The notes under the pieces were generated by a model that saw only the letters and a program-made list of their open reading frames with translations, ran no database searches and was not told where the DNA came from. Positions 37,688 to 49,029 of a stretch of DNA of 64,000 bases are shown here, in pieces. Each line of letters opens with the position of its first letter. Position 1 is the first letter of the stretch. Location: positions 30,877 through 94,876 of the forward strand of contig QCGC01000003.1 of NCBI GenBank assembly GCA_003278225.1, in the 5' to 3' direction. This DNA comes from Prochlorococcus sp. AG-363-P01 (GTDB lineage Bacteria; Cyanobacteriota; Cyanobacteriia; PCC-6307; Cyanobiaceae). Both the position numbers and the translations under genes were made by a program.

Positions 37688-37870
37688 GGATTATATGGAC
37701 GCGATTAGGCTGGGTGGTTATGTTGCCTTTTTTAAGAGAAACAAGGACTTCCCCCGATTAAGCCTAATTCGCAATCGAAATATGATCAATTATCTTCGGG
37801 TTTTGGCCCCCCATTAGTCAAGATCAGGTGATACAAAGTTCAATTTGAAACTGTCTCTGAGGTTGCAAGG

Positions 37871-38200
37871 ATGAGTCCTAGAAAAACCTACATACTCAAG
37901 TTGTATGTGGCTGGTAATACTCCTAATTCAATGCGAGCACTGAAAACTTTGCGTGAGATCTTGGAGACAGAGTTTCAGGGTGTTTATGCCTTAAAAGTGA
38001 TTGATGTACTGAAAAATCCACAACTCGCCGAAGAAGATAAAATCCTTGCCACCCCAACTTTGGCGAAGATTCTTCCTCCTCCTGTTAGGAGGATTATCGG
38101 TGATTTATCAGACAGGGAGAGAGTTTTGATCGGTTTGGACTTGCTTTATGACGAGTTGAATGAAAGGGAAGCTCGTACTATGAACTTTGATGAGTCTTGA
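37871..38200 (+). CDS. kaiB: Circadian clock protein KaiB
   Basis: [26 protein letters not shown]. Confidence 0.98.
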   Translation: MSPRKTYILKLYVAGNTPNSMRALKTLREILETEFQGVYALKVIDVLKNPQLAEEDKILATPTLAKILPPPVRRIIGDLSDRERVLIGLDLLYDELNEREARTMNFDES

Positions 38201-38290
38201 GATGATCACATTAAGAAGTTAGATTCTTAAGCCAGGGTGTGGAGGTTATGGTTAATTGCTGATTTCTCTCTAGCGTTTCACTATTAGATA

Positions 38291-39817
38291 GTGAATATGC
38301 AGTCTTCAAGCTCAGTTCCCTCTTCCAAGACACAGGTCCAGAAACTGCCAACTGGAATCGAAGGTTTTGATGATGTCTGTCATGGAGGGCTGCCTACAGC
38401 CAGAAGCACTCTAGTAAGCGGTACCTCGGGAACAGGTAAGACAGTTTTTTCACTGCAGTATTTGTACCATGGCATTTGTCATTTTGATGAGCCAGGTATA
38501 TTTGTCACTTTTGAAGAATCTCCTACAGATATTATTCGGAATGCAGCTAGTTTTGGCTGGAATCTTCAGGAATTAATTGATCAAGATAAGCTTTTTATTC
38601 TTGATGCTTCTCCTGACCCTGAAGGACAGGATGTTGCGGGTAGTTTTGACTTATCTGGATTAATTGAGAGAATAAGTTATGCAATTAGAAAATATAAAGC
38701 TAAAAGAGTAGCTATTGACTCAATGACTGCTGTTTTTCAGCAATATGATGCTATCTATGTTGTAAGACGTGAAATTTTTCGATTAATAGCTCGACTTAAA
38801 TTTATTGGTGTGACAACTGTTATGACTACTGAGCGAATAGATGAATATGGACCTATTGCTCGTTACGGAGTCGAAGAGTTTGTTTCTGATAATGTTGTGA
38901 TACTGCGAAATGTTCTTGAGTCTGAAAGAAGAAGGAGAACTGTAGAGATACTTAAACTGCGTGGAACAACACATATGAAAGGTGAGTTCCCATTCACAAT
39001 GGGAAATCAGGGTATTACGGTGTTCGCTTTAGGAGCAATGAGATTAACTCAAAGATCATCAAATATTCGAATTAGTTCAGGTGTGACTGATCTTGATGAC
39101 ATGTGTGGGGGAGGTTTTTTTCAGGATTCAATTATCTTGGCTACTGGTGCAACAGGAACTGGTAAAACAATGTTGGTGTCTAAATTTATCGAGGATGCTT
39201 ATTGTAATAAACAACGTGCAATTCTATTTGCTTATGAAGAATCTAGAGCGCAATTACTACGTAATGCCACAAGTTGGGGCATTGATTTTGAAAAGATGGA
39301 GAGTGATGGCCTTTTGAAGATTATCTGCGCATATCCTGAATCTACTGGCTTAGAGGATCATCTTCAGATAATTAAGGCTGAGATTGCTCAATTCAAGCCA
39401 TCTAGAATGGCAATAGACTCTTTATCAGCTCTAGCACGTGGAGTAAGTTTAAATGCATTTAGACAGTTTGTAATAGGTGTTACTGGATATGCGAAACAGG
39501 AAGAAATAGCAGGCTTCTTTACAAATACTGCTGAAGAATTTATGGGTAGTCATTCAATTACTGACTCTCATATTTCAACGATAACTGACACTATTATGCT
39601 GCTTCAATATGTTGAGATTCGAGGTGAGATGGCTAGAGCTATAAATGTTTTCAAGATGCGAGGTTCATGGCATGATAAAAGAATTCGTGAATTTATAATT
39701 ACTGCTGATGGTCCACAAATAAAAGATTCCTTTACTAATTTCGAACAGATATTTAGTGGCGCACCACACCGGATTTCGGATGAGCAGCTCCCAGGGGTCT
39801 TTAAGGCAATTGAGTGA
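38291..39817 (+). CDS. kaiC: Circadian clock protein KaiC
   Basis: Two RecA-like domains (GTSGTGKT, GATGTGKT); HISTITD phosphosites. Confidence 0.98.
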   Translation: MNMQSSSSVPSSKTQVQKLPTGIEGFDDVCHGGLPTARSTLVSGTSGTGKTVFSLQYLYHGICHFDEPGIFVTFEESPTDIIRNAASFGWNLQELIDQDKLFILDASPDPEGQDVAGSFDLSGLIERISYAIRKYKAKRVAIDSMTAVFQQYDAIYVVRREIFRLIARLKFIGVTTVMTTERIDEYGPIARYGVEEFVSDNVVILRNVLESERRRRTVEILKLRGTTHMKGEFPFTMGNQGITVFALGAMRLTQRSSNIRISSGVTDLDDMCGGGFFQDSIILATGATGTGKTMLVSKFIEDAYCNKQRAILFAYEESRAQLLRNATSWGIDFEKMESDGLLKIICAYPESTGLEDHLQIIKAEIAQFKPSRMAIDSLSALARGVSLNAFRQFVIGVTGYAKQEEIAGFFTNTAEEFMGSHSITDSHISTITDTIMLLQYVEIRGEMARAINVFKMRGSWHDKRIREFIITADGPQIKDSFTNFEQIFSGAPHRISDEQLPGVFKAIE

Positions 39818-39824
39818 AATATGT

Positions 39825-41903
39825 TTAGATCTGACTAGCTGCTGATAGATCTTTCCCTAATGCTTGCTGCCTGCTTTTCCGTTCAGAAAGTAGCATTAAT
39901 TCATCGGCATCTGCTTGCTCTAATGGTAATTCAAACCAAAAAGTAGTGCCTATATTGGGTTCACTTGCCATTCGTATCTTGTCACCATGCTTTTCAATAA
40001 TTTCATTGGCAATTGATAGGCCTAACCCTGTACCTATTTCTGTATGAATAGCATTCTCTACACGGTAGAAGCGGTCAAAAATCTTTTGTTGATCCTCATT
40101 TGAGATTCCAAGACCTGTATCTGCAATTTCTACCCTTAGTTTGGGGAGTGGTGAAAAAAGTGTGCAAGATGGTGCTGAAAAAGAATTTGATATAGGCTCC
40201 GCTGTGCAAATATCAGGCCATGTATATGCAGTGATCTTTAGTGTTCCTCCAGGACTACTGAACTTCAGTCCATTGCCAACTAAGTTATCTAGTACTTGTA
40301 GAAGGAGATCCCAGTTGCAAAGAACTTTTGGAAGAGTTTCTTCTACATCTAGTTGAAGTTCGACTTCCTTGTCTTTTGCATTTAATCTATAATTCTTTAA
40401 AGTCTGTTCCATCGCTGGACGTAGATCAATTGGTTCAAACTTGATACTTCTTGCCGACTCTAATCTTGAAAGATCTAGTACATCATTTACTAGTCTAGCA
40501 AGCCTATCAGTTTCTGCATTTGCTACACCTAAAAATTCTTTCTTCTCTTCATTAGTGAGTTGTTCATCTAAATCATGTAATGTTTCTACATAGCTTTTTA
40601 TGTTAAAGAGAGGTGTTCTTAACTCATGAGAAACATTACTTATAAAGCGACTTTGAGCGGCATTAAGTTCAACTTCTCTTGTTAGATCTTGAACCGTCAC
40701 TGCTATGCCTTTAAGCATTTCTCCAGTTGAATCTCTTACTGATTGCAATACGATTCGAAGAGTTCTTGTGGGCTCTCCAATACTGCTTCGCAGATCACTA
40801 CTTTCTAATGAGTTAGTTAATAATGAAGTAATTGGTGAATGTAATTCATTTGCTAGGGATTCGGGTAATGCATTAAGCAATTCCTGGCCTTCAAGATTTC
40901 TACCCTCCCAACGAAATAATCTTCTTGCTGTTGGATTGACTAAAACAATTCTCCCATTTGCATCCATTAGGATTGCTCCATCAGCCATGGTTGCTATTAA
41001 AGATTGCTGCTTAACTTGAGCTGCTCTTAATTCTTCAATATTTGCATTGTCATATTCCTCAAGCTGAGATGCCATAGCATTAAAACCATCTAAAAGCTCC
41101 CCTAACTCACCCCTCATAGGGATAGAGATCCTTGATTTAAAATTCCCGGTGGCAATGTCTCTTACTCCACGTACAAGTTCTTTTACAGGACGAGTAATTG
41201 TAAGCGCATTAAAGACTGCACCAAGAAGAACTAGTATCCATATTGAGATAAAAACAGCTACCGTTACTTCTTTTGTTAGTGCTGCATTAGCTAAAGCTTT
41301 TTTATTTGGCGTAACTCCTAGTGCTAGAACTCCAAGGTAATTACCTTTCCATAGCATTGGGACAAATACATCTGTAACTTGACCTTGTGGGGTGAGGTGT
41401 TGTCTAACTAATGGGACCCCTGACTTCTTTTTTATTTCTATAGGCAACTCAAGCCGGCGAGTTAGTTGGAGCTCACTATTAGTTGTATTTGGAGTGGCGC
41501 TAACGGGAATTCCCAGTTGAATTACCCCTTCTGTATCAGTGAAAAATATGTACCTTAGATTGTTACTGGATCGCCAAAATTTTTCAGCTACGTTAGCGAC
41601 CTCTCTGCTTTGGCCATTAGCAACTAACTCGGTGACATTTCCAGAAAGAAGTAGACCTAAGTCTCTGGCATAACGAGTGTCATTCATGCCAGCATCTCTT
41701 TGAATGCCATTTAAGGTGAAAAAAGTTATGCCTGTCATCATCAGGCTTACTACTAACGTAGTGATTGCAAGTAGTTTGGTCCTAAGACTAAATGCACCCC
41801 ACCAAACACTTATTCGGTGCCACCAATTAGTTTGATTTGGTGGTTGCTTATTGCTATTTTTTTTAGCCCATTCAATAATTGAGGGTGAATTAGTTCTCTC
41901 CAT
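39825..41903 (-). CDS. nblS: Sensor histidine kinase NblS/Hik33
   Basis: TM-HAMP-PAS-HisKA (SHELRTPL)-HATPase; MNDTRYARDLGLLL. Confidence 0.93.
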   Translation of the reverse strand: MERTNSPSIIEWAKKNSNKQPPNQTNWWHRISVWWGAFSLRTKLLAITTLVVSLMMTGITFFTLNGIQRDAGMNDTRYARDLGLLLSGNVTELVANGQSREVANVAEKFWRSSNNLRYIFFTDTEGVIQLGIPVSATPNTTNSELQLTRRLELPIEIKKKSGVPLVRQHLTPQGQVTDVFVPMLWKGNYLGVLALGVTPNKKALANAALTKEVTVAVFISIWILVLLGAVFNALTITRPVKELVRGVRDIATGNFKSRISIPMRGELGELLDGFNAMASQLEEYDNANIEELRAAQVKQQSLIATMADGAILMDANGRIVLVNPTARRLFRWEGRNLEGQELLNALPESLANELHSPITSLLTNSLESSDLRSSIGEPTRTLRIVLQSVRDSTGEMLKGIAVTVQDLTREVELNAAQSRFISNVSHELRTPLFNIKSYVETLHDLDEQLTNEEKKEFLGVANAETDRLARLVNDVLDLSRLESARSIKFEPIDLRPAMEQTLKNYRLNAKDKEVELQLDVEETLPKVLCNWDLLLQVLDNLVGNGLKFSSPGGTLKITAYTWPDICTAEPISNSFSAPSCTLFSPLPKLRVEIADTGLGISNEDQQKIFDRFYRVENAIHTEIGTGLGLSIANEIIEKHGDKIRMASEPNIGTTFWFELPLEQADADELMLLSERKSRQQALGKDLSAASQI

Positions 41904-41916
41904 TAACCTATAACTC

Positions 41917-43245
41917 TTATTGATAGGTTATTAGGTTGCGAACCTGGTTTCCAATATCTTTTCGATAGTTGATTCCATTGAATGAGATTTGATCCATTGC
42001 TTTGTATGCATTATTGAAGGCATCATCAAAGTTTTCTGCTTGAGATACAACAGAGAGGACTCTCCCTCCTGAGGTGTAAATTTTATTTTCTTCATCAGAT
42101 TTAGTGCCAGCCTGAAAAAGCTGAAGTGATTTATTTGGCTGAATGCTTATCTTAATAAGATCTCCATACCTAGGTGCTTCTGGATATCCAGCAGAAGCAG
42201 CAACTACACAAACGCTACATAATTTTGAGATTGAAAGCTTAGGTGCTTTATCCAGGCATCCTAGTGAACATGCATGGAGAATTTTGGCAAGTTCGGGACC
42301 CATTAATGGCATAAGTGTTTGACATTCTGGGTCGCCAAACCTGCAGTTGAATTCTATTACTTTAGGACCAGAAGTTGTAAGCATTAAGCCGGCATATATA
42401 ACTCCTCGATAATTAATACCTTCTCCTCTTAGGGCTTTTAAAATTGGTTCAAGAACCAAAGCTTTGACATTGTCTAACCCTTCTTGATTTAGAAGCAGGG
42501 CTGGGGCATATGCCCCCATCCCCCCCGTATTAGGGCCAAGATCCCCTTCTCTCAGCCTTTTGTGATCTTGTGCAGGGGGTAGAAGGATGAACCTTTCGCC
42601 GTCACAAAGCGCAAAAACAGAAACTTCAGGACCATCGATTCGCTCTTCAAGTACAAGTTTTTGCCCTGAGCTCCCAAACTTGCCACTAAATGATTCTTGG
42701 ATGGCTTTTTTTGTTTCTTCAATTGTTTCTGCAACAGTTACTCCTTTCCCTGCCGCCAGGCCATCAGCTTTTACTACCAATGGTCGTTGAAGTTTTTTAA
42801 GAATGAGTAGTGCTTCTTTTTCGGTATTTGTCGACCAATGTTTTGCTGTGGGGACACCAGCTTTCTGCATAAGTTCTTTCGCCCAGGTTTTACTCGATTC
42901 CAATTGCGCCCCTTTAGCACTTGGCCCGAAAACTGCTAGACCTGCATTACGCAGTTGATCAGCCAACCCCTCGGCTAATGGTGCTTCAGGGCCAATTATT
43001 ACGAGATCAACTTCATGTGATAGACAATGTTCTATTAGGGATTTTGCATCGTCCTCGTTGATTGCAAGTCGTTTGCAGCCTTGGTGATTAGTGGTCCCTC
43101 CATTCCCTGGGGCCACCCAAACTTCTTGGATGTTTTTGCACTTGCAAATTGCCCATGCCAGTGCATTTTCTCGACCACCACTGCCACAAATAAGTACTTT
43201 CTTGAGTGGTGGGAGATATTGATTAGAAGAGCTTGAGGTTTTCAT
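41917..43245 (-). CDS. purD: Phosphoribosylamine--glycine ligase
   Basis: GSGGRE, KADGLAAGKGV, QDHKR, EFNCRFGDPE. Confidence 0.97.
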   Translation of the reverse strand: MKTSSSSNQYLPPLKKVLICGSGGRENALAWAICKCKNIQEVWVAPGNGGTTNHQGCKRLAINEDDAKSLIEHCLSHEVDLVIIGPEAPLAEGLADQLRNAGLAVFGPSAKGAQLESSKTWAKELMQKAGVPTAKHWSTNTEKEALLILKKLQRPLVVKADGLAAGKGVTVAETIEETKKAIQESFSGKFGSSGQKLVLEERIDGPEVSVFALCDGERFILLPPAQDHKRLREGDLGPNTGGMGAYAPALLLNQEGLDNVKALVLEPILKALRGEGINYRGVIYAGLMLTTSGPKVIEFNCRFGDPECQTLMPLMGPELAKILHACSLGCLDKAPKLSISKLCSVCVVAASAGYPEAPRYGDLIKISIQPNKSLQLFQAGTKSDEENKIYTSGGRVLSVVSQAENFDDAFNNAYKAMDQISFNGINYRKDIGNQVRNLITYQ

Positions 43246-43927
43246 GGAATTGAACTTTAGATGAAGATAAAGGGTTTATGAGGTTTTTCTTTGTCCGATG
43301 ATTCCAAGGCCTCTTGAAGAGCTTGATTTACTAGCTTAACGATATAGTCTTTATTATTCCCTTGGCTAAGCCCCTAAAAAGATTGAAGATAAATTGATAA
43401 AAAGATTTAATTAAGATAAGTAAGCTTCTGATTGATTTTCTGCTGAGTTAATTGTGCAGTAGAGGCGATTCAAACCTCATCAGATATAGATAGCTTACTA
43501 TCTTTTAATCCACATTTCTTACATGGGGACTTATAGAATAAGTTTACTTCATTAATTGCACCTGTGCTTTATTTTTGTTTAGATAATGACGGTTAGTTGC
43601 TTTATATCAATGAACTAGAATTGGTTTAACTGAATTTGCATGCCGTAACTATCCAAATACAGTTTTTAGCACTTATTGATATTTTAAAATCTCCTTTTAT
43701 CCGCTTGAAATTTAAGGAAACTTATAAATTTGAATATAAAGGTGGAATTTGCATCAGTTTTGTCAATTGCCATATAAAGTGGATAGCAATCAAGATAAGT
43801 AAATAGGGTATCGAAGAGTTTTTTTCAGCAAGATACGCTACTTTCAAAAGGGTGATGGTTTTCCACCTTTAGAAAGCAGAAAACTTATTTCATTTAAAAC
43901 ACCCCATTTAAACCCTCACAGTTACTT

Positions 43928-44680
43928 ATGACACCAGTTCACGGTCAGCTAATTTATCAAGGCAAGGCAAAAAGGATCTTTCAGACTGCTAAGGATGACC
44001 ATGTCTTAGTTGAATTTAAAAATGATGCAACAGCATTTAATGCTGTTAAGCATGAAGAGTTTGACGGCAAGGGACGAATTAATTGTGAGATTTCTGCATA
44101 TCTCTTTGAGATATTGGAAGCAGAAGGAGTGCCCACTCATTATCTTTTTCAGGCAGATGATTGTTGGATGACTGCTCAAAGAGTCGATATTATTCCTTTG
44201 GAAGTGGTGGTTCGCAATATTGCAGCTGGCTCAATCTGTAAGCAAACTCCAATTAAGTATGGTAAATCACTCTCTTTGCCATTATTAGATTTTTATTTCA
44301 AAGATGATGCTTTGGGGGATCCACTATTAACTGATGCAAGAATTAGTGAATTGGGTATAATTAATACTAAGCAAAGATTAGATATTGAAACCCTCGCTCT
44401 TAGAGTAAATTCTTTATTGAAGACTTTCTTCAATAAATTGGATTTAATTCTAGTTGATTTTAAGTTGGAATTTGGCACAAATAAAAATGGCCAACTTTTA
44501 GTTGCTGATGAAATTAGTCCTGATACTTGCAGGATATGGGACCAAAGGGTTGCGGACCAAAAAGACCGGATTCTAGATAAGGATCGTTTTAGGGAAGATC
44601 TTGGAGGCGTGCTTAATGGGTACGTTCAGATTCTCAAACGTATACAAGGTGTCTCCTCTAAACCACGTACCTGCAGTTAA
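43928..44680 (+). CDS. purC: SAICAR synthetase
   Basis: [29 protein letters not shown]. Confidence 0.97.
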   Translation: MTPVHGQLIYQGKAKRIFQTAKDDHVLVEFKNDATAFNAVKHEEFDGKGRINCEISAYLFEILEAEGVPTHYLFQADDCWMTAQRVDIIPLEVVVRNIAAGSICKQTPIKYGKSLSLPLLDFYFKDDALGDPLLTDARISELGIINTKQRLDIETLALRVNSLLKTFFNKLDLILVDFKLEFGTNKNGQLLVADEISPDTCRIWDQRVADQKDRILDKDRFREDLGGVLNGYVQILKRIQGVSSKPRTCS

Positions 44681-44727
44681 GGTCGTCAAAGCTTTGATCC
44701 AGTACTAGCAACTTCTCTTTTATCTCT

Positions 44728-46851
44728 ATGGTTAGATTTCGATACGATTTTCTATTCAAATTATCTCGTAGGGGAGCATTTGGATTGGCTTTGGCAGTAC
44801 CTGTTCTTGTAGGGTCAGGCTTTTCTGATTTAAAAGGCGAGAAGCAAAACCTTCAGTTGGAAGAAAATAGTTTGAGTGGCTTAGAGGTTTCTCAGCTTCT
44901 TAAACCAGATAGAGAAAAATTGAATGAAAAAGTCCCATTTGGATCTTCTTCGGGAAAGAATCAGTCAGAAGGCTCAGAAAAAAATAAATCTAATGAACCT
45001 CGAGCTTTGATAACAGAAGTCACTATTCAAGGATTGGAGGCTCATCCTGAGAAGAAGCTACTGGAATTTGCCGCATATGATGCAATGAAAGTACGCCCTG
45101 GAAGTAAAATCAGTAGAGAAGATTTGAAAAAAGATTTACAAGCAATTTATTCTACTGGATGGTTTTCTGGAGTAAAAATTGACCCAATAAATGGTCGTCG
45201 AGGTGTTCAGATATTGGTTAAAGTTCAGCCTAACCCTGTGCTTAAAGCGGTTGAACTATCTCCCAAGAAATTAAAAATATCCTCCAAAGAAATTAATAGT
45301 ATTTTTCGCTCTGACTACGGGAAGACTTTAAACTTAAATTCATTGCAATCAAAAATCAAGGAATTAAAAAATTGGTATGTTGATAAAGGTTATTCTTTGG
45401 CAAGAATATCTGGCCCTAATAAGATAAAAGAAGATGGCTTAGTTCAACTAAGAGTTCTTGAGGGGGTTGTTGATGGTCTTGACATACAGTTTCTCAATGC
45501 AGATGGTGAATCAAGAGATCAAGACGGTAAAAAAATTCGTGGAAAAACAAAGCTTTGGGTTATTGAAAGAGAAATCTCAATTAAACCTGGCGACATTTTT
45601 AATAGGAATAAATTAGAACGTAATATTAAGACAATATATGGAACATCACTTTTTAGTGATGTAAAAGTTACTTTAAAACCAGTTGAGGGTAAACCAGGTA
45701 AAATTAGAATATCGCTTGGGATTACTGAGCAATCAACAGGTTCTTTATCAGGAGGAATTGGTTATAGTGGTGGTCAAGGTGCTTTTGGTCAAATAGGAAT
45801 TCAATCTACCAATCTTCTGGGCAGAAGCTGGAAGTCATCTTTGGATTTGACTTATGGTGAATATGGAGCTTTAGTTAACTTTTCTTTTTCAGATCCATGG
45901 ATAAAGGGTGATAAACATCGCACTTCTTTTAGAAATAGATTATTTATTAGTAGAGAAGTTCCGCAGGAATTTAGAAGTCAATATGGAGGAAGTATTGTAG
46001 ATGCATCTAAAGGTAATTCTATATTTCTGCAAAGAACTGGAGGTGGATTCTCCTTCGCACGCTCCTTGAATGGTGGGGACCCTTACAAAAGGGTCCCATG
46101 GAGAGTATTAGCGGGAATGAATATTCAACAAGTTAATGCTGTTAATTATGCAGGTGAAACAAGACCTTATGGTGTTGTAAGAGGTGATGATGAAACCATT
46201 TGCGTTGCTTATAATTGTTTTGATGAAAATAATCTTTTTAGTCTAACTACTGCTGCTACTTACAACACTCTAAATGATAATAAAAATCCTACTAGTGGCG
46301 ATTTTTTAAGTTTAGGTACGGAACAATTTATTAGTGTTGGAAACAATTCGCCAACATTTAATCGTCTCAAAACTAATTATTCACATTTTTTTCCTGTTAA
46401 TTGGTTGAAAATTTCTAAAGGTTGTCGACCTAGCGCAGGAGAAAAAGCTAATTGCCCACAAGCGATAGGTTTTCAGGCAAAGGCAGGTTCGATTGTTGGA
46501 GACCTTCCTCCTTATGAAGCGTTTTGTATTGGAGGCTCAAGTTCTGTTAGGGGCTGGAGAAATTGCGACCTTGCTGTAGCTAGAAGTTTTGGGGAAGCAT
46601 CAATTGAATACAGATTGCCTATTTGGAAGCTGATTTCCGCTGCATTTTTTATTGATGGGGCTACTGATTTTGGATCTCAAAACAATGTCCCTGGTAAACC
46701 TGGAAAATTGCTGGAAAAAGATGGATCTGGTTTTTCTCCAGGTGCAGGCTTAATTGTTAATACTCCTGTGGGGCCATTGCGATTAGAAGGTGCAAGAAGA
46801 GGGCTTACAAATAATTGGCGCTTTAATTTGGGAGTTGGTTGGAAGTTTTAG
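44728..46851 (+). CDS. bamA: Omp85/BamA outer membrane protein
   Basis: POTRA-like region, SVRGW loop, TPVGPLRLE, C-terminal WKF. Confidence 0.92.
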   Translation: MVRFRYDFLFKLSRRGAFGLALAVPVLVGSGFSDLKGEKQNLQLEENSLSGLEVSQLLKPDREKLNEKVPFGSSSGKNQSEGSEKNKSNEPRALITEVTIQGLEAHPEKKLLEFAAYDAMKVRPGSKISREDLKKDLQAIYSTGWFSGVKIDPINGRRGVQILVKVQPNPVLKAVELSPKKLKISSKEINSIFRSDYGKTLNLNSLQSKIKELKNWYVDKGYSLARISGPNKIKEDGLVQLRVLEGVVDGLDIQFLNADGESRDQDGKKIRGKTKLWVIEREISIKPGDIFNRNKLERNIKTIYGTSLFSDVKVTLKPVEGKPGKIRISLGITEQSTGSLSGGIGYSGGQGAFGQIGIQSTNLLGRSWKSSLDLTYGEYGALVNFSFSDPWIKGDKHRTSFRNRLFISREVPQEFRSQYGGSIVDASKGNSIFLQRTGGGFSFARSLNGGDPYKRVPWRVLAGMNIQQVNAVNYAGETRPYGVVRGDDETICVAYNCFDENNLFSLTTAATYNTLNDNKNPTSGDFLSLGTEQFISVGNNSPTFNRLKTNYSHFFPVNWLKISKGCRPSAGEKANCPQAIGFQAKAGSIVGDLPPYEAFCIGGSSSVRGWRNCDLAVARSFGEASIEYRLPIWKLISAAFFIDGATDFGSQNNVPGKPGKLLEKDGSGFSPGAGLIVNTPVGPLRLEGARRGLTNNWRFNLGVGWKF

Positions 46852-47705
46852 TGACTTTCTTGCCTGATGATTATGAGGAGGCTTGGACTCTTGCAAGCAG
46901 CGTTACTAGACGAGGAGTTTGTCTTCATAGTGGAGATGATGCTCAAGTAAAGCTTTTGCCAACTGAAAGGGCTGGATTTCACGTTTCGTGGACTGAAAGT
47001 AGAGATAAGCCAGTAACGCTGAATGCTTATCAGGTTTGCAAAAGTGAATTATGTACAACTTTAGAACTGGGTAATCGCAGACTTTCGACAGTTGAGCATC
47101 TCTTGGCGGCTTTGGCTGGATGTGGTTTAAGTCATGTTCACCTAGAAGTTTCTGGCGAGGAAATTCCCCTTCTGGATGGATCAGCAATTGGTTGGGTAGA
47201 AGCAATTTTAGAAGCAGGTGTTGTACCGGCGCTTACTTCTCGTCTAGAGCCTCCCATAGTTGAAAAGCCATTAATACTCAATCGGAGTCATAGTGTTATT
47301 ACAGCAACCCCTTGTAGTAGGACAATTTTGGTAGGGATTATTGATTTTCCTTATGCCCCAATTGGAAGACAGATGTTTTCGATTGAATTAACCCCTGCTT
47401 CTTTTGTTAAGGAAATTGCCCCGGCTAGAACGTTTGGCTTTTTAGATCAATTAGAGAAACTTAAGGCATCTGGTTTAATTAAAGGAGGTACTCTTGAGAG
47501 CGCTTTGGTATGCGATTCAGATACTTGGGTTAATCCACCCTTGAGATTCAAAGATGAACCTGTACGCCATAAACTCTTAGATTTAATTGGGGATTTAGCA
47601 TTAGCTGGGTTTCCAAAGGCGCAAGTTTTGGTTTATCGAGGGTCCCATGGACTTCATACTGACTTAGCAGCTTCCCTACTTAAAAATAATTGTCTTCATA
47701 GGTGA
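46851..47705 (+). CDS. lpxC: UDP-3-O-acyl-GlcNAc deacetylase
   Basis: [22 protein letters not shown]; GTG at 46851 overlaps the bamA stop. Confidence 0.96.
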   Translation: MTFLPDDYEEAWTLASSVTRRGVCLHSGDDAQVKLLPTERAGFHVSWTESRDKPVTLNAYQVCKSELCTTLELGNRRLSTVEHLLAALAGCGLSHVHLEVSGEEIPLLDGSAIGWVEAILEAGVVPALTSRLEPPIVEKPLILNRSHSVITATPCSRTILVGIIDFPYAPIGRQMFSIELTPASFVKEIAPARTFGFLDQLEKLKASGLIKGGTLESALVCDSDTWVNPPLRFKDEPVRHKLLDLIGDLALAGFPKAQVLVYRGSHGLHTDLAASLLKNNCLHR

Positions 47706-47712
47706 CTTTCTC

Positions 47713-48171
47713 TTGACTGATCTTTCTGCTACTAATGCTGTCGCTTTGGATAGTGAGCAAATTATGGGGCTACTGCCCCATCGTTACCCTTTTGCTTTGG
47801 TAGATCGTGTTATTGAACATGACCCTGGCAAAAGAGCTGTTGGGATAAAAAATGTCACCCTGAATGAACCTCAATTTCAAGGTCATTTCCCTGATAGGCC
47901 TTTGATGCCTGGAGTGATGATTGTAGAAGCAATGGCCCAAGTTGGAGGATTAATAGTCACTCAAATGCCTGACTTGCCTCAGGGATTATTTGTTTTTGCT
48001 GGGATAGATGGGGTACGTTTTCGTAGACCAGTGGTGCCTGGAGATCAGCTTAAAATTACCTGTGAACTGATAAGCATCAAGAGGCGGCGATTTGGAAAGA
48101 TTAGTGGAAAGGCAACTGTGGAGGATCAATTGGTTTGTTCTGGAGAACTTATGTTCTCCTTGATGGATTGA
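47713..48171 (+). CDS. fabZ: 3-hydroxyacyl-ACP dehydratase
   Basis: [24 protein letters not shown]. Confidence 0.97.
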   Translation: MTDLSATNAVALDSEQIMGLLPHRYPFALVDRVIEHDPGKRAVGIKNVTLNEPQFQGHFPDRPLMPGVMIVEAMAQVGGLIVTQMPDLPQGLFVFAGIDGVRFRRPVVPGDQLKITCELISIKRRRFGKISGKATVEDQLVCSGELMFSLMD

Positions 48172-48173
48172 AG

Positions 48174-49028
48174 ATGATGAGTAAATCTCAAGGCCCTTCT
48201 TCTTTCTCTATTGATAAACCTACTCAAGTTCATCCTTTGGCTGTTATTGACCCCAAAGCTGAACTTGATTCTGGCGTAGTTGTTGGCCCTGGATCTGTAA
48301 TTGGTGCTGATGTAAAGATTGGATCTGAAACTTGGGTTGGCCCAAATGTTGTTCTTGATGGACACCTGGAAATCGGCTCAAACAACAGAATCTTTCCTGG
48401 TGCATGTTTAGGGCTTGAGCCTCAAGATCTCAAGTATAAAGGTGCTCCTACTAAGGTTGTTATAGGGGATGAAAATACGATTAGAGAATACGTAACTATT
48501 AATAGAGCTACCGAAGAAAGCACAGAGACAAGAATAGGTAATGGGAATTTATTAATGGCTTATTGCCATTTAGGCCATAATTGCTTACTTGGGAATGGGA
48601 TTGTTATGTCTAATGGCATACAAGTTGCAGGGCATGTTCTTATTGAAGATAAGGCTGTGGTAGGTGGTTGTGCGGCGATTCATCAGTTTGTACATATTGG
48701 TGAATTGGCAATGATTGGAGGAATGACCAAGGTTGTTCGAGATGTCCCACCTTATTGTTTGGTTGATGGGAATCCGGGGAGGCTCCGAGGCCTAAACCGT
48801 CTTGGGTTACGTCGTAGAGGCTTGGAAAATCTTGCGAGTAATGAATTTCGTCAATTACAAGAAGTTTGGAATTTGTTATTTCGTTCTGAGCACACTCTCG
48901 TTAAAAGCTTGGAATTAGCAAGGCAGGAAGACTTGATGTCAAAGGCAGGCCACCTGTGTGACTTTCTTGAAGCTTCTATGCAGAAAGGCCGCAGAGGTCC
49001 CATGGGAATAATTCCTGCTAAAAACTAA
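48174..49028 (+). CDS. lpxA: Acyl-ACP--UDP-GlcNAc O-acyltransferase
   Basis: Hexapeptide repeats, PQDLKY, HLGHNC, HQF; ATG at 48174. Confidence 0.96.
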   Translation: MMSKSQGPSSFSIDKPTQVHPLAVIDPKAELDSGVVVGPGSVIGADVKIGSETWVGPNVVLDGHLEIGSNNRIFPGACLGLEPQDLKYKGAPTKVVIGDENTIREYVTINRATEESTETRIGNGNLLMAYCHLGHNCLLGNGIVMSNGIQVAGHVLIEDKAVVGGCAAIHQFVHIGELAMIGGMTKVVRDVPPYCLVDGNPGRLRGLNRLGLRRRGLENLASNEFRQLQEVWNLLFRSEHTLVKSLELARQEDLMSKAGHLCDFLEASMQKGRRGPMGIIPAKN

Positions 49029-49029
49029 A

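Noticed and set aside
37688-37870. kaiA remnant
   Set aside because: No KaiA-like residues such as CEMYRRS recognisable
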